From the NCBI GenBank assembly GCA_043803405.1, contig JAZDKB010000009.1, positions 160,001 through 224,000 of the forward strand: a DNA stretch of 64,000 nt, given 5' to 3'. The notes beneath the pieces were generated by a model. That model saw nothing but the letters and a program-made list of their open reading frames with translations. It was not told the origin of the DNA and did no database searches. Of the stretch, positions 20,801 through 29,638 are shown one piece after another; positions within the stretch are counted from its first letter, which is position 1, and every line of letters begins with the position of its first letter. The position numbers and the translations under genes are program-made. This stretch comes from Spirochaetota bacterium (GTDB lineage: Bacteria > Spirochaetota > UBA4802 > JAFGDQ01).

Positions 20801-23582
20801 GCCATGCGGTATGCAGAATGGCATTCGTACTGAAAAAAGCTTCGTATGGCAGACAAAGGATTGCAAATATTATTTGCGCAAAATGCCTGCCGAACGTGCG
20901 CATTGCGCCGTCGAAGTGCTGACTGAGGAGCACTTCATCCGGCTTTTGAAAAAATTCCGTTAGAGAGCTGATTAGCTGCGGAATAAATATAATTCCGATA
21001 ACCGACAAAGTCCATAACCATGGCAAAGGCAGTATCAGCCAGCCCGAAAGCAAAAGAAGCGTTAATGCCGTAGCCGTAAGACTGCGTCTCAGATTGTCAA
21101 ATATCTTCCACCTCGACAACAATGAGAGCGAATTTTTTTGGAAGCGCCCATCCTCGCCCGGAACACCCGGCAACAGCCACCGCAGTATCTGCCAGTCCCC
21201 GCGAATCCAGCGGCGCCGCCGGCTCACGTCGGCGCTGTAGCGTGACGGATATTCCTCGTATAACTGCACATCGCTTATCAGCCCTGAACGAGCATAGCAC
21301 CCCTCAATAAGATCATGACTTAAAATTCTATTCTCAGGAAAACGTCCTTTAAGCACCTGTTCGAACGCGTCAATATCATATATCCCCTTACCTATAAATG
21401 ATCCTTCACCGAAAAGATCCTGGTAAACATCGGAAACAACGCGCGTGTATGGATCAATTCCGGAATCGCTCCCGAACATACGACCGTACCCGGACCGGTT
21501 TGAGCCCGGCAGGTTCATGGATACACGCGGTTGAAGGATTCCGTATCCGGCGGAGATGCGTTGTTTCCGTTCATCATATTGCGGCCGGTTCAACACATGC
21601 GACATGGCACCTGCAAGCTGCCGCGCCGAATCACGGGACAGCTGTGTATCCGCGTCGAGAGTGATGACATATTTTATTTTTGATAATTCCTTTATGTTCC
21701 CGACGATAATGGAAAAGTCGGATTTTGCACCTCCGCGGAGAAAAGAATTCAATGCTGCAAGCTTTCCGCGTTTCCGCTCGTAACCCATCCAGACTTGTTC
21801 CTTTGAATTCCATTGACGCGGACGATGAAAAAGACAAAAGACACCGGATTTCGAACCTGTGTACTTTTCATTCAACTCTTCGATTCTTTGCCGTACCAGA
21901 GATGATAGCTGTTCGTCATCCGGAAGACTTTTTTCGGATGCGTCACGAAAATCGGTTAACAGGCTAAAGTAAAGGTTTTCGTCCCGGTTTGCAAGAAACC
22001 GGACTTCAAGGGCATTCACCATCTGCTCAATGTTCCCGATGCTTGAGAGCATAGCAGGAACAACAACCAGGGTTTGCTCATCCTGCGGAATTCCTTTGGT
22101 AAAATCCATTCGCGGCAGCGGACGGGGCGTAACAAGACGTGTTGCAAACCAGTTCGCCAGTGTTATCGCTAACTGGCTTACGGACAAAAGTAAAAGTATA
22201 GCAAGGATCCACAGCGGAAATCCGTGCAATCCGTTATAATAAGCTTTTGCGAGCAATCCCGCAGTTGAGATCACTGTAATAAGTATTATAAAGCCGAGAT
22301 AGAGAAGCAAAGGGAACCGCCTGCCGGCTTTTTGAATGGTCTCCAGTACGGAAAATCGCGTCCCTGTCCGACGTTCAAGCTGCTCCAGCCCTTTATCTAT
22401 CAGGTAAAAGCCCACATGAGCCGCTCTACAGTCGCTGCGGTTTTCCTCAGCCGCGCTGTTCTTCGCAAGCCGTATCGCCTCGCGGGCAACCCCGATTTCT
22501 GATAAAGTGCTATGCTTTGCTATTTTTTCCACTACGTGCCGGTAACGGTCACGAGTTGGGAAATCCATCCTGCTGTATACGCCGCAAGGGTCCTCCATGA
22601 GCATTGCTTCCACAACGCTCATACTCTCAACGAACTCGCGCCAGTCCATTGCGCCCAGAAAACGGAGGCCGCCGATGCTGTTGCTTATGGATTGCTGATC
22701 AGCAGCCTGCTGCTGATTCTCCGACTGAACCAGTTGCTCAATCGTCAGGAATGATTCTGACAGCTGCTGCTCAATCCATGTGAGCGGCAATGCCAGTGCC
22801 GGCCCCAATCCCTGCAGACGACGGGTTAGCTCCGCAACAAATGAACTTACGATGGGCGGGTTTGACCGCGCCATGTCTGCAACCATAAGGATCAGGCTTT
22901 TGGGGTCATTTTCAGCAGTCTCCGTTATCCTGTCTGCCCAGTAATCGGCAAGATTCCGGTTTATTCTGTCCGCAGCAATCCGGGCTGAAACACGACGGAG
23001 ATTCTCAATCAGCGCCAGGCGCAGCATGATGGGAATTGCCCATAATTCCCCCAGATGCAGTGCGCTGACCTTCTGGTAGGCGGCCACAAAACTGCTTAGG
23101 TTTTCAATATCCACGCGGCCATCGCCGTGAGAAATAATCTCCAGCGCGATGTCGTACACGCGCGGGAGCCCGGCCGACGGACCATTTTTTAAACGCGGCA
23201 GTCCCTTGCTGTAGCCCTTCGGCAAATGTCGCCTGGCTATACGAATCTGTTCTTCGATAAGATAAAAGTTGTCGAGAAGCCATTCCCCTGCAGGCGCAAT
23301 CCTCCTGTTCGACTTAATAGCCTCTGTCAGCAGATCACGGACTTCAAGGAGGACACCTTCGTTTTCAGCCAGCCTTGAGAGCAGGTACTCAGGATTATGG
23401 CCAGGGCTTAACGCATGTGAACCGGCAAGGATCTTGCCGTGCTGCTCCATTTGAGATGCGCTGAACAACTCTGATCGCAGCGGCGGTTCACCCCCGGCGT
23501 ATTTTTTTGATAAGCTGTTTCCGCGCAGACCCATCCATAACCCGGATATGCTTCCGATTATTCTTTTACCACTTATTTTCAA
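14841..23582 (-). CDS. ndvB: Cyclic beta-1,2-glucan synthase (GT84 plus GH94 phosphorylase domains)
   Basis: 2913 aa. EWLLDNFYL, WMGYERKRGKL, LDADT, SHDLIEG, RRRRWIRGDWQ, QSGGAFGFRDQLQD, GDWNDG, RENGGQYTH, GWTWYTGSAGW. TTG start with an AAGGAG RBS. Confidence 0.93.
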   Translation of the reverse strand: MKISGKRIIGSISGLWMGLRGNSLSKKYAGGEPPLRSELFSASQMEQHGKILAGSHALSPGHNPEYLLSRLAENEGVLLEVRDLLTEAIKSNRRIAPAGEWLLDNFYLIEEQIRIARRHLPKGYSKGLPRLKNGPSAGLPRVYDIALEIISHGDGRVDIENLSSFVAAYQKVSALHLGELWAIPIMLRLALIENLRRVSARIAADRINRNLADYWADRITETAENDPKSLILMVADMARSNPPIVSSFVAELTRRLQGLGPALALPLTWIEQQLSESFLTIEQLVQSENQQQAADQQSISNSIGGLRFLGAMDWREFVESMSVVEAMLMEDPCGVYSRMDFPTRDRYRHVVEKIAKHSTLSEIGVAREAIRLAKNSAAEENRSDCRAAHVGFYLIDKGLEQLERRTGTRFSVLETIQKAGRRFPLLLYLGFIILITVISTAGLLAKAYYNGLHGFPLWILAILLLLSVSQLAITLANWFATRLVTPRPLPRMDFTKGIPQDEQTLVVVPAMLSSIGNIEQMVNALEVRFLANRDENLYFSLLTDFRDASEKSLPDDEQLSSLVRQRIEELNEKYTGSKSGVFCLFHRPRQWNSKEQVWMGYERKRGKLAALNSFLRGGAKSDFSIIVGNIKELSKIKYVITLDADTQLSRDSARQLAGAMSHVLNRPQYDERKQRISAGYGILQPRVSMNLPGSNRSGYGRMFGSDSGIDPYTRVVSDVYQDLFGEGSFIGKGIYDIDAFEQVLKGRFPENRILSHDLIEGCYARSGLISDVQLYEEYPSRYSADVSRRRRWIRGDWQILRWLLPGVPGEDGRFQKNSLSLLSRWKIFDNLRRSLTATALTLLLLSGWLILPLPWLWTLSVIGIIFIPQLISSLTEFFQKPDEVLLSQHFDGAMRTFGRHFAQIIFAILCLPYEAFFSTNAILHTAWRMLITRKHLLEWNPSGESEASGRTDFAGSLRAMWIAPLIAAATAYYLAFSRPYVLFIALPVLILWFLSPVFTWWISRPFARQEAKLSAGQIVFLRRISRKTWAFFETFVGEQDNWLPPDNLQEDPVAVIAHRTSPTNMGLALLANLSAWDFGYINSRQLIERTGKAFHTMENLERFRGHFYNWYDTESLKPLLPMYVSTVDSGNLAAHLLTLQQGLIKLPDTKIIGPQLFDGLRDTLNVFMDAVGENRPAGLVQLQKYLESVCVSQPDTLEAAREIFDKLMTFDLDNIQGFDPASGSQAGWWARAFAEQCRAVLDDLTLFVPWTGQPLFPNNLSSYTGFGGIPTLRQIADLDAESMPFIKDQSPNKKTTGESERVNELTDLIRTASKHAAERITVIEKLVIQCRELARMEYAFLFDESRHLLAIGYNVSGNRRDGSYYDLLASEARISSFVAIAQGQLPQENWFALGRLLTTAGGEPVLLSWSGSMFEYLMPLLVMPTYENSLLYQTCKAAVARQIEYGKKIGVPWGISESGYNMIDIHFNYQYRAFGVPGLGLKRGLTSDTVIAPYASALALMVAPSEACINLEELSALGAEGKYGFYEAVDYTPGRIPRGQSSAIVRSFMAHHQGMSFLSLAYLILDRQMQKRFESDLSFQATMPLLQERVPKAMAFYSNKTEFSKAELHSALTDVDEMPIRVYDSPDTPMPEVQLLSNGRYHVMITNAGGGFSRWKDMAVTRWREDGTCDNWGTFCYIRDLASEEFWSTSYQPALKASKNYEAIFSEGRAEFRRRDYDFDTYTEIAVSPEDDIELRRITITNRGRTRKTIDITSYAEVVLANQASDAMHPAFSNLFVETEIVRRKQAIFCTRRPRSTEEHPPIMFHLMVVHGAETGEVSYETDRMRFIGRGNTLIHPEAMSNLSPLSGTEGPVLDPVVAIRNQIILNPEKQVTINIVTGVGETRDITLSLVEKYRDRNLADRVFNLAWTHSQVLLRQINAVEADAQLYGHLAASVIYANSSLRAAPGILIRNKRQQSGLWGYSISGDIPIVLLQIEDQANINLVRQLIQAYTYWRLKGLAVDLVIWNEDHAGYRQNLQDQITALIAAGNNANAADRPGSIYVRLADQISEEDRILFQSVARVVIIDSRGTLSEQMSRRNITEETVPDFIPVRTKSHDLSDVAALPRQDLIFYNGLGGFTPDGREYVISTSRGQLTPAPWANVLANPDFGTVISESGTGYTWSENAHEFRLTPWYNDPVSDSGGEAFYIRDEDRGHYWSPMPLPCRGHTPYITRHGFGYSVFEHTERGINTEVWVYVAIDAPVKFTVIKVRNKSDRIRRLSVTGFAEWVLGDLRAKSAMHIVTEIEPQSGALLARNPYSTEFSSRIAFFNADDTTRTVSGDRREFLGRNGTMSNPAAMTRSRLSGKTGASFDPCGTIRVSFELAARGEREIVFTMGAVRNAADAGNLIHRFWGSVAARGALEAVWQYWKHTLGAVNVETPDRSVNILANGWLLYQTIACRLWARSGYYQSGGAFGFRDQLQDVMAVIHSEPRLVRGHLLLCAAHQFKEGDVQHWWHPPSGRGVRTHCSDDYLWLPLAVARYVLTTGDTGVLDETIHFIEGRPVNADEDSYYDLPGMSGETAGLYDHCVRAIMRSLESFGAHGLPLIGSGDWNDGMNKVGENGKGESVWLGFFLYKVFIRFNEIARLHNDLPFAERCLKEAGELKKNIEQNAWDGEWYLRAFFDDGSPLGSAHNAECRIDSIAQSWSVLSGAGDARRSRKAMDAVEKHLVRRDRSLVQLLDPPFDKSNLNPGYIKGYVPGVRENGGQYTHGAVWTAMAFAALGDRDRAWEILSIINPVSHGLSPETIETYKAEPYVVAADVYAVSPHIGRGGWTWYTGSAGWMYRLIMESLLGLRLEVDKLRFEPCLPADWETFQMHYRYRETIYHIIIRQMPAGSIETILTIDGVERFDNIIPLVDDRQEHAVELIIVGAAGGE

Positions 23583-24130
23583 AATTTATGTCTCCTTCTG
23601 AGAAGCGGATTCTCTGTAAACAGGATAGCAACGGCGATTGCTTTGAATTATCTTTTACCGGCATCCAGTGAATATTCACAGACACTTGTTTTAAACTCCG
23701 GTTCCGATAGGTATGCTTTGCCACGACATGACAAAAGCGAATTTACGAATGGCGGAAGGATTGCATGTAGCAGATTATTTTAAGAAATAGAGAACGAAAC
23801 AATAACCGCATAAAATCCGGAGTATAGTTCCGGAAAACATTAATCTTCACTCTTTTTTCACTGAAATTATCTTTTGCTTTATCTTATTTGTAGACTGAAA
23901 TATTGGGGAAGTCAACATAAATCCCTGATTCTATATAATTTTTCAAAAATTAAAATCTAAACAGATTAAGGATATTTAAGGGAGATATTAAATTTTGTAT
24001 TCGATGCAGAGCAGTAGTCATTTTCATGGAAGGCTATGGCAATCAGCCGCATTTTACAATATCTGCTGCGTTTATAACAATAAATACAGTGGATATTAAA
24101 CCGCGCTTAACAATAAATCCGCAATTTTTT

Positions 24131-24934
24131 TTAAATCGTTTCAATTATATCTATCTTTTTTAATAAACCCATTTCGGCCGCAATATCAAAATAGAATTTG
24201 AGCGCTTCTTTAAGTTCTTTGGTAAATTCGTACTGGAACAGGCTGTAATAAAAATCAATATTATAAACAATGTCAGGATAACGTTTCTTTGCTTTTTTCA
24301 CTACCATATCTTTTTCGGCTTTCATGCAATCTAGCGATTTATTGTACGAGCCGATTATGTCCGCAATCTGCTTTTTAAATGTATCGAGCGCGGATTTCTG
24401 AACAGCAAAAACCGCGAACACAACAGGGTAGCCTGTCTTTCTGAACCATAACTCGCCCAGATCGTATTTGTATGCTATGGGCACAGGAAGCGTCATCATT
24501 GCTTCATTGCCGATCAGAAGCGCTGCATCAAAGTTGTTCATATCCGGCAAAGGAGGCGAAGGAACATAGCTCGGTTTTATTCCGTAAAATCTTTCGAGCA
24601 ATATCTTCATCAAAGCGACAGATGTTGCCGAAGCGTTTGTAACCCCGATCGCTTTGCCGTCCAGCACTTCAATGGGCACTTTGCTTACCAGGTTTACTGA
24701 ACCGACATAGCCTACAGAGCTTAAGCAGAAGTCCGTGAGCAGCGCAGCATGTCCGACGATGTCGGGGTACGCGCCAGCGGATATGGGGCTCATGTCAAGC
24801 TCCCTTAGCATCATCATCCTGTTCAGATTGCTCGGGTAACCGGGAAATATTTTTACATCTGCAACCTTGTCTTTTTCGAACATGTGGTAATAGAACGGGT
24901 AACAGTTTAAGTAATCTATATAACCAAGCTTCAT
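24131..24934 (-). CDS. mqnA: Chorismate dehydratase (futalosine pathway)
   Basis: LGYIDYLNCYP, SATSVAL, ALLIGNEA, DLGELW...YPVVFAVF; downstream of mqnE. Confidence 0.88.
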   Translation of the reverse strand: MKLGYIDYLNCYPFYYHMFEKDKVADVKIFPGYPSNLNRMMMLRELDMSPISAGAYPDIVGHAALLTDFCLSSVGYVGSVNLVSKVPIEVLDGKAIGVTNASATSVALMKILLERFYGIKPSYVPSPPLPDMNNFDAALLIGNEAMMTLPVPIAYKYDLGELWFRKTGYPVVFAVFAVQKSALDTFKKQIADIIGSYNKSLDCMKAEKDMVVKKAKKRYPDIVYNIDFYYSLFQYEFTKELKEALKFYFDIAAEMGLLKKIDIIETI

Positions 24935-24981
24935 TTGATTTATACCTTATTGATTTTAACATCATCCCCATACTCCACTTT

Positions 24982-25023
24982 TCCCACTCTCCTTTTTTTA
25001 GGAGTGGGGGCTGGGGAGTGAGG
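24982..25023 (+). repeat. REP-like palindrome of the CCCCTCTCC...GGGGTGAGG type
   Basis: cccactctcc-ttttttta-ggagtggggg-ctggggagtgagg in the mqnE-mqnA gap. Confidence 0.6.
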
Positions 25024-25096
25024 TCAAAAGATAACCTTAGTACTTTTTACACACCCTTGGGATTCGGAGGCTATAATATTCTCTGTCCTTCTTTCA

Positions 25097-26191
25097 TTAT
25101 ACCTTCTCATACAAGGCAGTTGTTCTGACCGGCTTAAGGCCAGCGTCCCCGATAAGCCTCACGAGAAAAGGCTCTGTGCCGTAATCCGGCGTCTCTGCGC
25201 CTGCGGCATGCACAACTTTCTCATTCTGATATGTCCCGCCCAGTTCGTCTACTCCGAAATGAAGTAAAAGCTGTGCCATCTTATCTCCAAGGTACATCCA
25301 CAGGGCTTTTATGTGCGGGACATTATGCAGGATAATCCTCCCTGCCGCATATATCCTTATATCATCATATCCTGTTGAATCCCTGCGTTTTGATTTTATC
25401 TGCGTATTTTCTTCGTGAAACAAAAGAGGCACGAAAGTCTTGAATCCGCCGGTCTCATCCTGCAGGCCGCGTATTTTAAAAAGATGATCTATAATGTCAT
25501 CAACGCTCTCAAGCTGATTGTAAAGCATTGTCGCGTTTGTCTTAAGGCCGAAGCCATGCGCAACCTTCATTACTTCCAGCCATCTCTTGCCCGATATCTT
25601 TTTTGGCGATATAATATCGCGTACGTGAGGCGAAAATATCTCCGCTCCTCCGCCGGGAAGCGCGTCAAGTCCTGCGTCGATCAGCTTTTTAAAAACTCTC
25701 TCAAGCGGCAGATTGTTGAGCCTGGCAAAATAATCGTACTCCACTGCTGTAAAAGCGACAATAACGATACCGGGCTTAACCGCTTTTATCCTGCTGAGCA
25801 TTGCTTCAAAATAATCTAGCTTAAGTTCAGGATTAAGCCCTCCGACTATATGCACTTCGTCAATCCCTGCTTTTACAGCGCTTCGCACGCGCGCTTCTAT
25901 TTCTTCGGGTGACAGCAGAAAAGCGCGCTCATCGCCCCTGTCGCACGAATACGCGCATAGCGGGCAGCGAAGCTCGCACACATTCGTGTAATTGAGATTC
26001 ATGTTCACGCCGTAATAGGCGCGGTTGCCGTGGCGTTCGGTTCTCGCGTAGTGGGCAATCGCGCCCAGTTCAAGAATATCGTTCGTCGTAAGCAGAACGC
26101 GGGCATCCGCTTCGTTAACAGGCACTTTAGCAAGTACTTTCTCCGCGATTGCGCAAAGCTCCGGATTTTTTATGTCGTCAGGCAACATCAT
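25097..26191 (-). CDS. mqnE: Aminofutalosine synthase (radical SAM)
   Basis: NLNYTNVCELRCPLC, EVHIVGGL, LPGGGAEIF, LQDETGGF, PHIKALW, EKVVHAAGA. Confidence 0.85.
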   Translation of the reverse strand: MMLPDDIKNPELCAIAEKVLAKVPVNEADARVLLTTNDILELGAIAHYARTERHGNRAYYGVNMNLNYTNVCELRCPLCAYSCDRGDERAFLLSPEEIEARVRSAVKAGIDEVHIVGGLNPELKLDYFEAMLSRIKAVKPGIVIVAFTAVEYDYFARLNNLPLERVFKKLIDAGLDALPGGGAEIFSPHVRDIISPKKISGKRWLEVMKVAHGFGLKTNATMLYNQLESVDDIIDHLFKIRGLQDETGGFKTFVPLLFHEENTQIKSKRRDSTGYDDIRIYAAGRIILHNVPHIKALWMYLGDKMAQLLLHFGVDELGGTYQNEKVVHAAGAETPDYGTEPFLVRLIGDAGLKPVRTTALYEKV

Positions 26192-26347
26192 ATTTTTTTT
26201 TATCTTAAAAAAATACTTTTAATTCTAGTGGTCAAATTATTTATTCAACATAATAAAGATACAAATATATTTTAAAATAATTTTTTAATTTTTGCCTTTT
26301 TTATATTGCGGATATTATTCCTTTACCAAAATGAATATTGAATTTTT

Positions 26348-27019
26348 ATGAAAGATATAATGAAAATTTATGGCTCCCTTTTTAAATTATACGGTCCTCA
26401 GGGCTGGTGGCCTCTGCTTTGCCTTAGTAAGTCTGATAAAAATGAACAAAATAATTTTTCTAAAGGTTATCATTCTGGAGATTATTCATATCCTAAGAAC
26501 AATTCGCAGAGATTCGAAATCTGCGCAGGCGCAATTTTAACGCAAAATACGGCATGGCTTAACGTCGAAAAAGCGCTTATTAATCTATATAAGCAGGATC
26601 TGTTAAACGCAAAGAGCATCAGTAATATAAACATTGAAAAATTAAAGGAGCATATACGGCCTGCAGGATATTATAATCAGAAAGCAGTTTACCTAAAGGA
26701 GCTCGCAGTATTCTACTTATCCTTAAAAGGAAAAACACCTTCCAGGGATTTGCTGCTTTCTGTAAAAGGCATTGGACCTGAGACTGCTGATTCCATGCTT
26801 CTGTACGCTTTTAATCAGCCCGAATTCGTTGTAGATGCCTATACTAAACGAATGTTTTCTCATCTGGGATTCTTTGATAAAAATGCAAAGTACAATGAAA
26901 TAAAAGAGATGTTTGAAAAGAATCTCCCAAAAGAGACAATTTTATATCAGGAATATCATGCATTAATAGTGCAGCATGCCAAGAATAATTATTCGCGGAA
27001 AGTTAAGAGTGCTTCCTGA
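26348..27019 (+). CDS. Endonuclease III-related HhH-GPD protein without the C-terminal Fe-S cluster
   Basis: YGPQGWWP, GAILTQNTAW, IRPAGYY, VKGIGPETAD, VVDAYT, EYHALIV. Confidence 0.88.
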   Translation: MKDIMKIYGSLFKLYGPQGWWPLLCLSKSDKNEQNNFSKGYHSGDYSYPKNNSQRFEICAGAILTQNTAWLNVEKALINLYKQDLLNAKSISNINIEKLKEHIRPAGYYNQKAVYLKELAVFYLSLKGKTPSRDLLLSVKGIGPETADSMLLYAFNQPEFVVDAYTKRMFSHLGFFDKNAKYNEIKEMFEKNLPKETILYQEYHALIVQHAKNNYSRKVKSAS

Positions 27020-27179
27020 AATTCACTAAATTTAACGCAATGCGCGACTTTCCCAGCGGGATAAAATATTAAATCAATAAAAAAAGAATTGTATTATTCA
27101 CAAATACATATAGTAATATACAATAATCATATAACATACTAAAGATTGGGCGCTTTACGGCTGATAATATAAGTATATT

Positions 27180-28865
27180 ATGAGTAAGGAAATTAAAGTA
27201 TTAATTGTAGATGACGACAGGCTTATAAGAGTAGCTGTAAAACGCATCCTCGAGAAGAATAATCATAATTTTTCGGTTGATGAAGCGACGAACAGCTCGC
27301 ACTTGCTTGAAACCCTGAAAGCAAAAAAATACGACTGCATAATTCTTGACTATGTACTTGCGGACACAACCGGCATCGATGTCCTGAAACAACTCAGCGA
27401 GTATAAAATATACACACCCGTTATCATGATGACGGGACAGGGCGACGAGCTTATCGCGGTTAAAGCTCTTAAAGCCGGCGCTTACGATTATCTTCCTAAG
27501 TCCATCCTTTCCAACAATGAAGCAGCAGAAATTCTATCTTACACAATACAAAACGCAATTAACCTGTTTAAAATAAAAAACGAAAGGGAAAGAACAATGA
27601 ACGCTCTGCAAAAGAGCGAAGAAAGATACCGCAGCCTGATTGAGCACTCCCCGATGCTGATACTTCGATTCTTCCCCGATGATAAGCTGATATCCTTTGT
27701 CAACGACGGCTATTGCACTTATTATAACACTACAAGAGCAGACATGATCGGTAAAACCTTCTATGAATGCATATTCGAAGAAGACCCAGAAATGACCGAC
27801 AAAATCATTAATTCATTAATTATAAAAAATCCCTTTGCAAGCTTTGAACATTCCAGCGGCAAAGAACCGGTGCGGTGGCAGTTATGGACATTACAGGCGC
27901 TGTACGGCAAACAGGGAAAAATCCTTGAGTACCAGTGCATCGGCGAGGACATCACTCCTATAAAGAACGCCGAGAAAGACCTTTATAATCAGAAACTATA
28001 TTTCCAGTCCATACTCGATTCGCAGGACAACATTATCATTGTAACGGATAAAAAAGAGATCCTTGAAGCGAACCTGAGCTTTTTAAAATTCTTCGGCTAC
28101 CAGAGCCTTTCCGCGTTTAAAAAAGAACATAAAGATATAATTGAGCTTGCTGTAAACATTCCGGGATATATTACAAAAAAGAACAGTTTGCACTGGATAG
28201 ATTCTATTTTAAAAAATCCGAATGCCGAAAGATTAATATCCTTTAAATATGAAGGCCTGGAATATCCTAAAATATTTTCCTTAACCATCAGCCAGCTTTC
28301 GCTCGAACGCGAAGTCTATGTTGTTACTTTTTCCGATGTAACAGAACTGGAACAGAAAAGCAAAACATTTGAGGAGAAAGCATCGATTGACGCATTAACC
28401 GGAATATTCAATAAAGATAAATTTGATGAAATGCTGGCCTTTAATGTAATTTCGGCAAAAAAATACAACTCGAGTTTATCATTAATATTTTTCGATATCG
28501 ACCATTTTAAAAACATCAATGATACGTACGGGCACCAGGCCGGAGACGATGTGCTTCAGCAGCTTGCAGGAGTAATAAAGAACTGCATAAGGAAGTTCGA
28601 CATCTTTGCCAGATGGGGCGGCGAGGAATTTACAGTGCTTTTGCCGAAGACCGATCTCGACAATGCGCTTAAGGCAGCGGAAAAATTCCGCAAACAGGTT
28701 ATGAACACTGAATTTAAAACGATCAGGCATTTGACTTGCAGCTTCGGCGTTGCAAAGCTTCAGGAAGACGACAATCCGGACAAGCTGGTTGCCAGAGCGG
28801 ACAAGGCTCTTTACAAAGCAAAGGAAAGCGGCCGCAACCGCGTCGTTGGGCTTAAGTCGAAGTAA
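27180..28865 (+). CDS. Diguanylate cyclase (REC-PAS-PAS-GGDEF)
   Basis: N-terminal receiver; RKFD I-site followed by RWGGEEF. Confidence 0.9.
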   Translation: MSKEIKVLIVDDDRLIRVAVKRILEKNNHNFSVDEATNSSHLLETLKAKKYDCIILDYVLADTTGIDVLKQLSEYKIYTPVIMMTGQGDELIAVKALKAGAYDYLPKSILSNNEAAEILSYTIQNAINLFKIKNERERTMNALQKSEERYRSLIEHSPMLILRFFPDDKLISFVNDGYCTYYNTTRADMIGKTFYECIFEEDPEMTDKIINSLIIKNPFASFEHSSGKEPVRWQLWTLQALYGKQGKILEYQCIGEDITPIKNAEKDLYNQKLYFQSILDSQDNIIIVTDKKEILEANLSFLKFFGYQSLSAFKKEHKDIIELAVNIPGYITKKNSLHWIDSILKNPNAERLISFKYEGLEYPKIFSLTISQLSLEREVYVVTFSDVTELEQKSKTFEEKASIDALTGIFNKDKFDEMLAFNVISAKKYNSSLSLIFFDIDHFKNINDTYGHQAGDDVLQQLAGVIKNCIRKFDIFARWGGEEFTVLLPKTDLDNALKAAEKFRKQVMNTEFKTIRHLTCSFGVAKLQEDDNPDKLVARADKALYKAKESGRNRVVGLKSK

Positions 28866-28870
28866 AAACA

Positions 28871-29638
28871 ATGAAAATTATCTCATGGAACGTTAACGGC
28901 ATCAGGGCCGTTTATAAAAAAGGCTGCCTTATGCCGCTCTTTAATGAAAACCCGGACATCCTGTGCCTGCAGGAAACAAAAGCCTCCGAAGAGCTGCTTG
29001 TAAAAGAACTCAGGAACATCGAAGGATACAGCTCGTATTTTTCGTCCGCTGAGAAGAAAGGCTATAGCGGCGTTTGCATTTATTCAAAAGAAAAACCGAA
29101 GAAGATCGAACACGGTTTCGGCATAAAGGAATTCGACTGCGAAGGAAGAATCCTTATCGCATATTATACTGATTTTGTTCTTTTTAATATCTATTATCCG
29201 AACGGAAAAGCTTCAAAAGAAAGGCTCAATTATAAAATGAATTTTTATAATGCATTTCTTGACTTTGCGGATAATCTTAAAAAAAATGGCAGCAGTATAA
29301 TCATGTGCGGAGATGTGAACACTGCCCACGCAGAGATCGATCTTGCGCGGCCGAAAGAAAACGAAACCACTTCGGGATTTCTTCCGGAAGAGAGAGAATG
29401 GATAGACAGGCTCATCTCGCACGGGTATATCGATACCTTCCGCATATTCACTAAGGAAGGCGGGCATTACTCGTGGTGGGACTACAAAACAGGCGCGCGG
29501 GAAAGGAACATAGGCTGGAGAATAGATTACTTTTTTGTAAGCGAAAGCATAAATAAAAAAATTAAATCGGCATTTATAATGAAAGAAATTATGGGCTCCG
29601 ATCACTGCCCTATAGGGATTGAATTCAATGGAAAATAA
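28871..29638 (+). CDS. xth: Exodeoxyribonuclease III
   Basis: ISWNVNGIRA, LCLQETK, GDVNTAH, GWRIDYF, GSDHCP. Confidence 0.95.
   Translation: MKIISWNVNGIRAVYKKGCLMPLFNENPDILCLQETKASEELLVKELRNIEGYSSYFSSAEKKGYSGVCIYSKEKPKKIEHGFGIKEFDCEGRILIAYYTDFVLFNIYYPNGKASKERLNYKMNFYNAFLDFADNLKKNGSSIIMCGDVNTAHAEIDLARPKENETTSGFLPEEREWIDRLISHGYIDTFRIFTKEGGHYSWWDYKTGARERNIGWRIDYFFVSESINKKIKSAFIMKEIMGSDHCPIGIEFNGK

Noticed and set aside
14772..23454. Many short ORFs overlapping ndvB and other long genes
   Set aside because: Alternate-frame or antisense shadows without motifs or RBS.
23600..23780. c-di-GMP-I riboswitch upstream of ndvB
   Set aside because: A GGCAAAGC is present on the - strand, but the GAAA-capped P1 and the remaining consensus could not be built.
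26348..29638. DNA-repair or defence cluster (endonuclease III-like, xth, methyltransferases)
   Set aside because: These are ordinary housekeeping families. The methyltransferases lack DNA methyltransferase motifs such as DPPY/NPPY or PC.
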